Shown: piece by piece, positions 44,805 through 57,569 of the stretch | Position numbering within the stretch: position 1 is the stretch's first letter | How the letters are laid out: the number at the start of each line of letters is the position of its first letter | Assembly (NCBI GenBank): GCA_025558095.1 | Contig: JAIVFI010000039.1 | Coordinates: 186,001-250,000, forward strand | Length of the DNA stretch: 64,000 bases | DNA from: Hyaloraphidium curvatum SAG 235-1 | Taxonomy: Eukaryota > Fungi > Monoblepharomycota | Direction: 5' to 3' | Notes under the pieces: model-generated | Told to the model about the DNA's origin: nothing | The model's database searches: none | The model's input: the letters and a program-made list of their open reading frames with translations, nothing else | Position numbers and translations under genes: made by a program

Positions 44805-44991
44805 CTCGTTTGGAGGGCGTGAGTGGTCCGTGATTGCTGTCCCACCAGCATCGCCTCATCAGCCTCATCCGGAGGACGATGACTGGCCCGTTGAGAGACA
44901 CCAGCGCCCGCAATGTAGACACCCCTGATTCCAAATTGGCGCCGGAACGAAGCGAACGGCAGGAATGGTCCGCGAGATGTCGCTCCAACCG

Positions 44992-45569
44992 CTATCGGAC
45001 GATCTTGTCCACCGACGAGCCCAGCTCGTGGGCCAGCGAGGTCAGCACATCTGCATGACGGCGATCGAGCATATTTGAGCCCCGCGAACGGTTCCAGCAC
45101 ACGGAAAACCCACCTGGATCGGCCTCGACGCTGGCGATCACCACCACCATTCCTCCCTGGACGGAAGCGAGGGCTACCTGGGCCTCCTCATACGACGCCA
45201 GAAACACCAGCTGGCTACTGAATCCCATTCTGCCGGCCTGTTTCGCCAAAGCGTTAGCCGCGACGTCGTGCGAGAAGGGGGAGCGGGAACGCGCCTGTTC
45301 CGCCGCCCGGGCGAGGACAGACTTGAGCATGGGGGCCACGTCGTTCCCATCGAAGAGATGCTGCCGCATCGCTGCCGGTAGCACGGGTCAGAAGCCGTGC
45401 AGGCGGGGTAGCGGCTCGGGAGCACCTTGGAGGATCACCACGCCGTCGACGTCGGTAAGAACGATGGCGTAGAGACCGGACGTCGACTCGACCGCGTTCT
45501 GAATAACTGCGTCCAAGGCTAAGAAGGAACGTTGCTTAATCGTCGTTGCAAAGGCGTACCTTTGTCCAT
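44992..45569 (-). CDS. LAMTOR3: Ragulator subunit LAMTOR3/MP1 (Ego3-like)
   Basis: Spliced MDKALDAV..STSGLYAIVLTDVDGVVILQ...ARAAEQAGRMG...IASVEADP...SLAHEL parallels LAMTOR3 GLHAIVVSDRDGVPV...ATDQGSKLG...IASSSANTG..SLEKEL. About 4 introns. Confidence 0.72.
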
Positions 45570-45718
45570 CTTTGCTTGACCTTTGCCAGCGTGATGCCGC
45601 CGGCGCACGCGCGCGGGCTGCATGCGCGCTCCCGGCCAACGACCACGCGCACTTCGGGCTTGAAGACGCGTCGGCGCGTCATCCGACGCGTTTCCTAGCT
45701 CGCAACGCTAGACTCACG

Positions 45719-47424
45719 ATGATCGGCGCGATTTGCGTCGTCGGGGCCGACAGCGGGTTGGTGGCCATTCGATGGAGCCGTGCCGAACGACTCCAATCGC
45801 CGCTCCGTCCACTCCAGAAAGGTCCTTGTGGAAAAGGCATGGCGCGGGCGCGCGCAGACCGGACGGACGTCGTGGGCAGACGACTTTATCGAGGCGGCCA
45901 AGCAGCACCAGCTGCGGACCAGCACGCCCGCTCAGCTCGGAACCGCCCAGACCCCTGGCCAGGAGGCACCGGAGCCATCATGGACCGGCATTCCCTCTTC
46001 CGCCGTGTCGATTAAGGTGCCGGGGCTCACGGACGCCCTGGTTCCCTCGGAGCTGCTTCCCGTGCTCGTCACTCCGCGAGGATACATCCATCAGCTCTGG
46101 GACGCCCGCGCTCGGCTGTGGTGGCTCGGCATCTGCTACGAAGAAAGTGGGCACCCTTGATTGGCAGCGACCGAAGGTTGTTTGGCACTGACAGGGAGCG
46201 CCCAGCTCCTCCCTTGGCCGTTGTCTACCTCCTGCGGTTTGTCCAGCGGTTGGCCTCCGAGTACTACGGTTCGACGGCCAGCGGACACCCGACGCTGTCT
46301 GAGCAGCTTGTTCGCGACAACGCCGCCGGCATTTTGCAGCTGGTGGAGGAAACTCTCGACGATGGAAGGCCCGTTTGGACCGAAGAGGCGGTGCTGCGCG
46401 ACGCCATTCCCCCGCCAACGATCCTGAGCAACATCGTCCAAGCTCTCGGAGGGCCGGTGACATTCAACAACGCTTCCGTAGGGAGGCCGGCTGTACCGAC
46501 GGCATCGACGCTGTCGTCGATTCCCTGGCGGAGCACTGGCATACGGCACATGAACAACGAGCTGTTCCTGGACGTGGTCGAGGATATGGACGTTCTCATA
46601 GACGCCAAGAGTGGCGGACTGCTTGTTGGCGAGATCCGCGGGATGATCCGCTGCGATTGCCGGCTGAGCGGGATGCCGGATATCGTCTTGGCCTTCCAGC
46701 CTTCGGGGATGAAGAACCTGGACCCCGACATGGTTTCGCTGCACCCTTCCGTGCGGCTCAACCGGTGGCAGCGCGATCGTATCTTGAGCTTCGTGCCACC
46801 GGACGGCACCTTCACCCTTTGCAGTTACAGTCTGCCGTTGCCGTCGTCAAGCCCTCTTCCGGTGCACGTGCGCCCTTCCGTTGCCATCCACAAGAACCGA
46901 GGGAAACTGGAGATCAGCGTGCAGCCATCTCGCAGCGGTGTCAACGTGGTGGAGAACCTGGTGCTGGTGGCGACCCTGCCGGCAAGTGCCGGGGAGGTGA
47001 AGGTCGAGACGTCCCAAGGGAAGGCAGTATGGGACGTTATCGGAAAGGTGCGAGGATGCTGGACCGTGCGTCTATTTGCTGTCTGACCATCTATCAGCGA
47101 CTACACTGGTCCATAGGTCGCCTCTCGCGGGAGGCGGTCGAAAAGACCGGAATACCCGTGCTGAGTGCGGGATTCTCCATATCGGGGCAAGTTTCGAAGC
47201 TTCCGGTCTCGACGGGTCGCCGCTGACTCCTTCTCCGTCACCACAGAGAGGATCCTACGGCGTCCCAGACGACGTGCCACAGCGTGCACGCCGAGTTTCG
47301 CGTCCAGGGTTGGTGCCCAAGCGGGATCCGCGTCGACAGCCTGCAGGTGCTGAACGAAGGCGGATACAAAGCCTACAAGGGCGTCCGCTTCCTGACACGC
47401 GCTGGGAAGTACTGTACGCGATGA
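45719..47424 (+). CDS. APM3: AP-3 adaptor medium subunit mu3
   Basis: LVEETLDDG.P, IPWRSTGIRHMNNELFLDVVE, C.CRLSGMPD, LHPSVRL.RW...ILSFVPPDG.F.L.SY, SGIRVDSL..YKGVRFLTRAG. Confidence 0.9.
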
Positions 47425-47493
47425 GCAGCCGTTGCTCGGAGCCGTGCGCGGAAGCCTGACGACGCGAGATCGCACCGAGCGGGCTGTTTCGGC

Positions 47494-49596
47494 TCAATCC
47501 CCGTCATCGAACTCTTCTTTGTCGGCAAGGAGCCTTTCAAGCTCATCCGACTGCGCGCTGGTGACGAACATGAAGTTCAGAACCCAGCTCATTGCCGCAA
47601 AGAACACGGCGATGGAGCCGAAAGTAAAGATGATGAGCACCCATCGCGGCAGCTTCAAGTTGTCGGAGATGTCCGGCGGGACAAAGGGCACGAATCCAGA
47701 GACGGTGCTGAAGGCCTCGTACTGATCGGCGATCCTGCCTTCGTTGCTCAGGAAGCGAGGGAGGAATTGCATGATGGAGGCCGGCCGCAGGTCGGATAAG
47801 CCGTAAATTGCCGTGTGGTACTCCTCGAAGTACTCGATAGTGTTGTTGTGGTTGCGCTCGTACATGTAGTTGGCCCGGACGAGGTCGGTTGCGAACTGTT
47901 TGGAAACTTGTCTGAGTGCGAGCCTGCAAGCTATCAACAGGTTGCCCACCTGGCTCCATCCACGCAAAGTCCACGCCGCCGGTTGCTGATCACCATAGGA
48001 CAGATCCAAAATGCGGAAGGTGGGTTGCCAGTTCGGCAAAAGCGACGGCGAAGTGAAGAAGGGCACGAGGATCCGAGTGTGGTTGAGATCGATGGAAATG
48101 GAAGAGCTGAGGAAGATGTAGTCCATTTCGCTTTGCTGCATCAAACGTTGCCGTGGATCAGTCCGTGCACGCCAGACCGCGGAAGCATATTTCCCGCACC
48201 TTGCGGGCCGCCCCGACTTCGTTCTCGGGATTCTCATCCGGAAGCAGCTCCGCAACGAACTGCATTGAATCCTCATTCGTGTGCCCAAAGTGCGCCGAAA
48301 GCACCCGGTCGGAGTACTTCCCTGTGACCAGTTGGTGCCGCGAGTCAGAACATGGGATGAACACCCTTTCGCACACTTCTACCAACCCAAAAGCTCGAGG
48401 AAAGCGACATAGCATCTGGGTTTGTAGATGTAGCCGTCGCGCTCGAGCGGTGCAATGTGTCTGCCCGAGGTGTCAGACGTTCTTAAGTCGCGGACCGTTG
48501 TCCCGGCGATTTCCAACGCACCCAATCAAGATGAACTGAGTGCCATTCTCCTTCCCTTCCTTGAATTTGCGTTCGAGCCATCTGCAGACCGTCGGTTCCC
48601 TTAGGCAAGCACCCCCTTCCGCCCGATCATGTCACCCACGCCAGCTGCTCGTCCCCCGGAATCGGCTTCAGGACGGGCCCTGGGAACTGGCAGTCATCGA
48701 CGGCCATGTTCCGTCCAAAGAACCACAGAGTGTTGATCGAGAGCACGACAATGCCACTGGAAAAGAGCCCAACTCAGGGAAGCAATTGGTAGGTTCCCGC
48801 GAAGCTCACAGAGCTATCGTCCTCTGAAAAAAACCGCCAGAGCTCGGCAACAGGAACGTCTCTGCAATGCGGTCCTCCACAGGGGCGCTCCTGAACAGCG
48901 GCGACCAAATGTCAAAGAGGTTCCTGATGATGTAGCTCCGTTCCGGGGTCATCAAATCAGCCGGAAACGTGTCCCAATTGCCAATGGAGGGGACGACGGC
49001 GGTCTGTCCAAGGTCGAACGTGGAGTTGAAGTGTTCCACCGCGATCTTGTTGGCACGGTATATCTCTGAAGACTGTCAGCACCATCGAGGGGGCCGCGGG
49101 CAAACGACTCGCCTTCCTCCTGCCGCGGAAAGCGGGTGTCTTTATCGTGACGGCCAGTATCTCCAGTCCAGAGAACGAAAGACAGGCGATCCACGGGAAG
49201 GCTCGAGTTGACAACGGTGCCGTTCCCAGGTCCCGGAAGCAGTCTGGTTGCGATGAATCGGAACGTGTCCGCGACTAGCATAGGAGCCGAGTCGCAGCCC
49301 CTGTAGCCGTAGTGGGCCGAGCGACGCGCGTCTGTTCGGAGGCGGCCTCCCGCGCCATCTGCCCCCCCCAGAGGATGGCAGTAGAACGAGGAGTCGCTAA
49401 AGGGAGAGAATAGCTCATCGATATGGAGATCCGTTATGTGGAGGCCGTATAGCCGGGTCCCATTCGCCTCGACGACGGTCGCCGAAGAGGCGAGGGGAAC
49501 CTGCCCGGCTACCGCTCCTGCCACAAGCAGAATCACGGCCAGGTGCCCGGGAGTCATTGACAAGGCGCTGAATCCGCGTGATCGGGAAGGCACCAT
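47494..49596 (-). CDS. PPN1: Calcineurin-like metallophosphoesterase, endopolyphosphatase Ppn1-like, with signal peptide and C-terminal TM
   Basis: LHITDLHID, GCDSAP, WTGDTGRHD, IGNWD, GH, FGHTNED, P.FRI motifs; several introns. Start may instead be 49557. Confidence 0.8.
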
Positions 49597-49858
49597 CGCG
49601 CCAGGCGCCGCAATGGGGACGTGAGGACGTAAGACGAAAGCGTGCGAGTGATCGGGTGGCAGCGCGGCCGATCAACACCCGCCCGCGCCGGCGTACGCAC
49701 GCGTCGCGAATCCTTTGCTCCCTGACGAATTCGTCCCGCCTCGGAGAAGTTGGAGGCTCAACGGGATTTGCCTTCCTCTTGACTTGATTCCGTTTCCCTC
49801 TCGGGCGTGAATCGTCCCGCACGGCGTCCTCGGGCGGCGCCGACGGAACGGACCGCGG

Positions 49859-50777
49859 ATGGAATACATGGCGGCCCGGAGCACGGCGGCCCAGCCTCAT
49901 GCCTCGTCTGTTTCGACGCTCTTCTGCGAGGACTCTGCCCTGCGTGAAGCGGCGACGAGCCTAATGAAGGCCCCCACGGCGCACGTTTCGCAGCTGCTCG
50001 CGGAGATGGACGCCCAAACCCGCGCGTCCCCGACGGAATCCACGATCCCCGACATGGGCTCTTCGTTGGAATCAGCAGACGGGGTCGGCCTGCTGTCCAG
50101 GAAGGAGCTGAGGCCACAGGAGAGCGCAGAGACGCTCGCATTCGGCGGGGACGACTACTCGATGCTGCCCCAGCTGCCGAAACCCGAGGACCACATTGCC
50201 GTCGTCCAGCGGTTGCTTTTCGAAATCAGGGACTTGCAGGCACAGGTGTCGGTCATGTCGGGTGAGCGACACGGGGGGTCCGCAGCGAGATTGGTGACCT
50301 TATACGGACTCGGCCTTCCAGGAGAGCTGCGCCAAGCCCGAATGGTCAATGCTTCTCTCCGAGCAGCGGTGCAGAAGCGAGACGACGAGGTAACCCGCAC
50401 GATCAGTGCATTAGAGCGACGCTTATGGTCCTCAACAGGCGATGCGCAACGCAGAGGAAAAAGCGGCCGATAGGAAAACGATTGAAGGGCTCAAACAGGT
50501 CGTGAAAGGACTGCGCGAAGCGTGGGCTCAGGAGCGCAAGCGGTCGGCCAGGACGGACGCGATGGACGCGCCCGGCGCCGACTTCGGCAACTCCTTCTAC
50601 GGCAACCAGGGACAGTACGGCCGCTACGAGCCCCGCCAGTTCCCGCAGCAGATGTATCAGCAGCAATCCGCGCAGCTCTCCCACCACTCCTTCTCCCAGC
50701 GGAGCGTCTGGGCTCCGCAACCACAGTACCCGTCGGACATTGAATCTGCGTTTCGCAATCTCGGTACGGGTTCCTGA
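49859..50777 (+). CDS. Hypothetical coiled-coil protein
   Basis: Three exons joined by GT-AG introns (~50262-50320, ~50390-50438). Heptad-rich VVQRLLFEIRDLQAQV...LRAAVQKRDEAMRNAEEK; Q/Y-rich tail. Confidence 0.6.
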
Positions 50778-51046
50778 TCGCTGGCACCGATATGACTCTA
50801 CGTGGTGCGCGAACGGGTAGTGACTGAACATCCCGGCCGCTGTGGCTTTGCCAGCCCCTGAACGGACTCTGGATGGCACCTGTATCTGTATACCTCTGGC
50901 TTTGACAACATCTTCAGACTCTCGCAATTGCGCAGCCTCTGTGCCGCCGCGCCGATACCCTGGATCTGGACAGTAATGGTGAGGATGAGGACATTTGTAG
51001 ACTTAGCACAAAGAATGTACATGGAGAGACCGGCGATGCCCGATCG

Positions 51047-52805
51047 TCAATCATCGTCGGCCAGCGCGTGCGCAGAGGAGCCCGCAGCGGGCGGGAGCCC
51101 AAAGTCTTCCGGCCGGGCGTACTTCTCGATCCAAGGGTGCGTCAGAACGCTCTCGATCGGGAGCCGTGCCTGGGGATCGTGTTGCAAAAGCTGCATAGGG
51201 AGTTGACGTCACTGTCTGCTTCCATGCACGCAGCGACGTCCGCACCTTGGTTATCAAGTCCTTGGCTTCCGCCGAGACAAAGTCCGGGATCTTGAGATCG
51301 ACGCTAGCGATCCTTTTGTACGTCGCCCGGTAGCTCGAAGTGTCCTCGAAGGGAGGAACCCCGACGAGGAACTCATAACACAGAACTCCGAGCGACCACA
51401 GGTCCACGTTGGCGTTGTGGTCGCGGCCCTCGACCATCTCCGGGGGCAGGTAATCCAAAGTGCCGCAGAGGGTGGTGCGCCTGTGCGCGGGTTGAGGGGC
51501 GTACCCAGGGCCTGAATTCGACGGCACATACCGCTGGTTCGGCGCGTGCACGCTCCAACCAAAATCCCCGATCTTGAGCTCGCCCTTCATGCCCAGGAGC
51601 AGGTTTTCGGGCTTGATGTCCCGGTGAATGACGTGTTTCCTGTGGAGGTACTGGAGCGCCGTCGCCATCTGGGCGATGTACTGCACGACGCGAGGAGCGG
51701 GGCGTGAGTGTGCGTCACGCATTTCCGCATGCACAGCACGCACCCGCGCCGCACGCTTCTCGGGGAAGCGCCCGTACTTCCTGAGCTGCTTGTACAGCTC
51801 CCCCTGCGCGGCGTACTCGATGATCAAGTACACCCGCTTCGAATCGTGGAAGTAGCCGTAGAGGCGCAGGATGTTCTTGTGCCGCAGATGGCTCTGGATC
51901 TCGATCTCCCGCCGCAGCTGCTTCTCGACCTTGTGCTGCTGCAGCTCGTTCTTGAAGAGGATCTTGAGGGCGACGATGTACCCGCTCCGCTTCTCCCGCG
52001 CAAGGTAAACACGGCCAAACTTGCCCTTGCCCAGTGCGCGGCCCACGTCAAAGTCCTTCAGGGTCCAGCGTTTCTCGCTGGGGTGGGGGGTCCTGCGAGC
52101 GGTCAGTGCGCCGGCAAAACGACAGCGCACAACAGGCACCCACAGAGACTGCGTGGTGGACGCGACCTGGCCGTCGAGGTGCTCCCCGTGCTGCTGCTGG
52201 GTGCTCACGACCATGTTGGCCTCGAAGGCGTCCCCTGCCGAGGCCGAGTACTTGAGCGGGCTCGGCCGCGCCGGGGCGTAGGCGTGCTGCACCATGACGT
52301 GCTTTGCCGCCGAGGCCACCTGGTTGGACACCACCGGGGCCACCTGCGGGGCGTCCGCGTGCGGCGGGGAGACGGGTGCCGGCGGCGAGCGCGGCGAGCG
52401 CGGAGCCGTCTTCAGCGGCAGCGGCGAGGCGGGCGCGCGTGCGGCGGGCGGGGCGGTGTGCAGCGCCGAGGCTGCGGTGGGGGCGGCATAGTGCGGCACG
52501 GGTGCCGCGGGTCCCGCGGGCGCAGCGTTCGGCGGGGCGGGCGCGGGGCGCGGCGGCGGGCGCGGCTGCGCGTTGAGGCCGCCGGCGGCCGCGGCCGACG
52601 CCTTCCCGAACGGCGCGCGCGGCGGCGCGGGGCGCGGCGGGGCAAACGCGCGCGGCGGCGCGGCCTTCGGCGGCACCGCCGGCCGCGCGTTCTCCTTCGG
52701 CGCGCCGCCCAGCGTGACCGCCCGCAGCTGGCTCTCCAGCTGCCGCACCGCTGCCTGCGACGGCGCTACCGCACTCGCCGCTGGGGCCCGCGCCGGCTGC
52801 GACAT
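51047..52805 (-). CDS. IPL1: Aurora kinase
   Basis: [82 protein letters not shown]. Four introns. Confidence 0.96.
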
Positions 52806-52944
52806 GGCGCCTTAAGAGGCTCCCCGCGGATCGAATTCGGCGGGAGTTGAGGGGAGAGAGGGTGATCGAAACACCCGCCCCGGCCGATCAACCGGACCGT
52901 TGGCTTCAACTGAGCCGGCAGCTACACGCAACACTCGTGCCGCG

Positions 52945-54461
52945 ATGGCCTCATCATGGAAGGCCTGGACTCCGACGACGCGGAAGATAACCATGGACGG
53001 TCGGTTTAGCCCCGTCGCGGTCCCCGCCCCGGCCAACGGTCTCCATTCCTCCTGTCGTACTTGGCCTTTCGACGGCGTCCGTTCATCCTCTCCCTCGTAC
53101 CTTTTGTCTCTCCTTGTGCTTCTCGCTTCCTCTTTTGCCCCCCAGTCCTTCTCCTGGTCGCTTCCCAAGTAGCCTTATATTACGGCGTAAAGTTCGTGGA
53201 CCTCCTGGGCGCCGCATATTGAGAAGGAGACTGATGAATCGTGTGTCAGGTGGATTCTGAGCAACATGGACCCCTCACGCAAGAAGAAAGAGTCGGCGAA
53301 GCAGCAGAGCGGCGCCGTCTTCAAGCGGCTCGGCGTCAAAGCTCTGGACCTCAACGAGTGGGTGTTTCCATCCTTGCAGGACGCGGAAGACCTCCTGATC
53401 TCCCTCTGCCAGGTACGAGGAGATTATCGCGGCCGAGGTCATCCACCCGGACGATATCCATGTCTCGTTCAAGGACATCGGGGGCTTGGAGGACACTATT
53501 CAGGACTTGAGGGAGTCCGTCATCTTTCCGCTCCTGCAGCCCCAGCTGTTCAAGCGGTCCAGCCTTTTGGCCGCGCCCAAGGGCGTTTTGCTTTACGGGC
53601 CGCCGGGAACGGGGAAAACCATGCTGGCAAAGGCCTTGTCCAAGGAGAGCGGGGCGACGTTCATTAACCTGCACGTGTCGACGCTTACGGAGAAGTGGTT
53701 CGGCGAGTCCCAGAAGCTGGTGGGCTCTCGCATTCGGAGGCGCTGCGATGGCCGCTGATGCTCGTGGCGCAGGTCCATGCCGTCTTTTCGCTGGCAAAGA
53801 AGTTGGAACCTGCCATCGTGTTCATCGACGAGATTGATTCCTTCCTCCGCGAACGGAGAAGCAGCGATCACGAGGCAATGTCGATGATGAAGGCCGAATG
53901 GATGGCCCTGTGGGACGGCATGTCGACGGGCGAGAACATGCGGGTCCTCATTCTTGGGGTGAGTTGCGCCTCCACTCGTAGCAGCTGCCGACTCACGCCG
54001 ATTGCCCAGGCCACCAACAGACCAAACGATCTGGACGCTGCTATCATCCGGCGCATGCCTAAGCGCTACGCGATCTCGATGCCGGACGGCGAGTCGCGAA
54101 GAAAAGTGCTCCTCTTGCTGCTGCGGGGCATCCCGCTCGACGAGGGCTTTGACATGGACTTGCTGGTGCGGAAAACAAACGGACTGTCCGGGTCGGACTT
54201 GAAGGAGCTGTGTCGAAACGCGGCGATGAACCCAGTGCGCGAGTACTTTAGGAAGGAGATTGGATCAGGGGACATCAAGGACGTGGTCGCCGATGTGGGT
54301 TGGAAGCCGAGCGCCAAAACCCAAGTGTTGCTGATATCTGCCAACCACAGAGCATTCGCATCCGCCCGTTGACGATGGACGACTTTTTCCCGCTGGTGAA
54401 TGGCACCAGTAATGCGCCAGTCTTGAACACGGACTCGCAGTCGATACGGGACCTCGATTGA
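52945..54461 (+). CDS. MSP1: Outer-membrane AAA+ dislocase Msp1/ATAD1
   Basis: N-terminal TM; YE..IAAEVIHPDDI.VSF.DIGGL; GPPGTGKT; KWFGESQKLV.AVFSLA.KL.P.I.FIDEIDSFLRER.SSDHEA; ATNRPND. Confidence 0.93.
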
Positions 54462-54533
54462 ATCTGATTGGCTTTCTTTTGCTTCGTGTATAGCACCTCC
54501 GCGGTCTTAGACACTAGAATATGCTACAGCTGA

Positions 54534-57500
54534 TCATCTGCCTCGCCAGCGGTTGTCCTGACCACGATAGCTTCCGCGACCCCTGGAATTGCCTCCACTC
54601 CGGCCCGGGGAGCCCCCGCCGTAGGCTGGCTGGCCCTGAGTCCCCGGATAAGCCGTCCCCTGCGCATTAGCTCCCGCGTAATACGTAGGCTGTCCCGTTG
54701 GGATGCCAGGCTGCTGCCATGCCCCCATCGAGGGCACCTGGCCAGGTTGCTGGCTGACTGGTGCTGGTGGGTACACGTTTGCGTACGGGGCCATCACGGC
54801 GCTCGCAGGCTGTTGACGCGCCAGCCTGGGATCACTGGGAGTTGGGAGCGCATTCTGTTGCTGCCACCCCTGGGAAGCAATGGGCAACTGAGCCTGCGGG
54901 ATCCCTGGCTGTCCGGAATTCAGCGTTTGGATCTGGTTCAATAGGCTCGACAGATTGACGCTCGTCAGCGCCGTCAGAGGGTCGCCGACGGTCGGTTTGA
55001 GTCCAAAGGATGGCGGTGGTACAGTGGCCGGAACATATGCAGGGCTGGGGTTCGGGACTGGTTCCAAAGGTGCAGGGTCGAGGGCCGCGGTCCCAGCCGG
55101 AAAGGCATCCCAGGTTCCAAGAGCTGCTCCGGCAGACAAAAGCGCTTCGTTGGCAGCGGCTGTGTCGGATTCCCTGTAGCCACTCCGCTGATGGTCTGCA
55201 CCGTGATCGGCAACGCCGACCTCCCCGCTCTGCGAGATGTCCAGATCACGCGAGGGCGGCGTCGTGGCCGGCTTTTGCTTCAGCAGAACTGCAACGCCAA
55301 ATAGGAGATCGCGCTTCCTCGCCACTCCGTCCTTCACGCTGCTCCCGCTCACAAACTCCATGAAATCGGGCAAACTGTCCTCGGCCCTTACGGGCACAAG
55401 GTACATGTCCTTGGCCACAGGTTTCCGACTCCCCGGACCAAACACTCCGTATCGGGATCGTGTCTGAAAGTATTCGAAGAGGATCTTGTACTCCGACTTG
55501 TCGCCCTCGGTAAAAGCACCAGCCCCGTCGCCGTCCTCGGTCTCGAACTGTATCACGACGACCTCCTTTGTGGTGGAGTAGGTCTGCTGGACAAGATAGT
55601 CGATGACCTTGTCAGGCCCCACCCTGCCATCGATCTGCAGCGGATCCCGAAGAACATCGTCCCACTGCAAGTTGGCAAGGACATGGTCGTGGCCGTCCGC
55701 GGCGTCCATCAAACGGCGGCCGGCGATCTGCCGCGCTTGGCACTTGAACGACGCCACCGAAGGCATCTGCAAAGTCCCCTTCCAGATAACGGGATCGGCC
55801 GGAGGACCGGTATCGAGCGCTTGATCTGCGAACGGAGAGCGAGACCCGTCGTCTTGCGCCTCCAGCGGCGGAGAGTCTAAGCGTCGGGTCCCGACGTCCT
55901 CTGGGGTTCCTTCCTCCGGCGTACCACTGAAACTGCCGCGGCGATCATCCATCTGCGCAAGCAAGTCGTCCAAGCTATGCTGCGCCTGGCGATCGGAGGT
56001 CGGCACCGCACCGGTCGCGATGGAGGCCCTTCTCGGCAGCTCCCGCTCAAAGTCACCCGTCGGATCGCCGCGACCGGATGGCGTGACGCTTTTATCGGCC
56101 TTCCGCCCCGCTGCGGGGGCTGAAGCCACTGGCTCCGCACAAGTCGTCACAACTTCCTCCTCCCCTTTGTGCGTCTTGCGAAAGATTGTGCGTTCAGATT
56201 CGGCCTTAAGAACGACTTCTTTCAGGCTTTGCTGCCGGATCTCTTCTGCCAGCTTCATGGCTTCCTCGGAGGCCATCTGCTCCGAGGTCAGCGTGGCAAG
56301 GGTCTCCGGCAGGAGCTCTCCACTGAGGATTCGAGACCTCAGCGTGACGTTGGAAGCGTCTTTCAAGTTCAACCTCAGGCTTCTGTACTGGGCTTTGTAC
56401 TTTTCGCCCGGTTGGAAGCTGTGATCGCGCAGCGCGATATACATGTGTGTCTCGAGCGTCGCCGCGAATGCCGCGGGCTTCAGCACCGCATGTGCAGACG
56501 CTGCGGCGTCGGCGGATGCCTCGGGAAAGAACTCGGCGAAGATGGATTCGAAAGCCTTGCGTGCAGATTGGCGCACGTTGTTGTCGGTCTTGTCGGGAAC
56601 GTCTCCATTCCACGGATCGATCGGAGTGGCAATGGATGCCGAGGTTGGCGTTGCCGGTGTAGCTGCTGCGGGGCCGTCGGAAACCTTGGCCTGTGGAGAA
56701 CCGTGATCGGCGGGTTCAGATGCTGCCGCGGGCAGCATCCCCACGCGAAAATCACCTTCGATAGAGGTCTCACAGCAAGCGGCTTCACGGCAGAGCCGGA
56801 AGCCTTCATGGCTCCTGACTTGGGCGCGATGCCGTGGACTTTCGCCGCCACCTGCGGTTTGGCACCGGGGGAAGCCGCGTCCGTTTGCAGTTTGCCATCA
56901 ACATATTCATCGTCACCGCTGTCTTCCGGGTGATCCGACTCCTTGCCCGCCTTCTTGTCGCGCGATCTGGCGAACCTTTCGCGTTCCTTGAACTTTTCAA
57001 TGCAGGCATCGCACTCGTACTTGCTCATCTTCTTACCCCGGGCCGGCGATATGCCAACGCAGCGGCCGTGGTACCTGCAGCCATCGGCGGCGAGCGAGGC
57101 ACGTGCCAATGAATCGGACTGGATGGACGCGGCACCGCAGGCGGGAAACGCACCATTCCCCGCACTCGTCGCAGGCTATCATAAACTCTTCGCCGTCCCA
57201 GACGTCCCGGCAGACGCAGAAGATCTCCTCGCCATCCGCGTTTAGTTCGGGCCTCTTGGTTTTCGAGCGCTTCGAAGCACGGGCCCCCGCGTGGGCCGCC
57301 GAACCGCTGGCATCGGACAGGTCACCGCCTGCCGAGGCGATGTCCCCGTCCGCGTCCGAGCGGCCCTCGATTTCGGAGCCCGCGCCCTCATGGTCATCAT
57401 TTCCGGTAGTTTCGTCGGGAGCCGAACCCTTGCGGCGCTTGCTTTGCACCGCGCGGCCGGCTGCGGCTTGCCCACGCGAGCGCTTCGCACCCGCGGACAC

Positions 57501-57569
57501 CCGGGCGCTGCCAGCAGACGGACTCGGTGAGCCGGATCTGGAAGCCGTGCGCACTGTATCGGACGCCAT
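54534..57569 (-). CDS. BYE1: PHD + TFIIS-M + SPOC transcription factor Bye1/DIDO1/PHF3-like
   Basis: PHD FCVCR...FMIACDECGEWYHGRCVG...YECDAC; TFS2M KYKAQYRSLRLNLKDASN.TLR.RIL.GEL; SPOC IWKG.L.M...I.GR...RSRYG...KDMYLVP. Two introns. Confidence 0.88.

Noticed and set aside
56723-56773. Apparent frameshift within BYE1
   Set aside because: Explained by a GTGAGA..GCAG intron.
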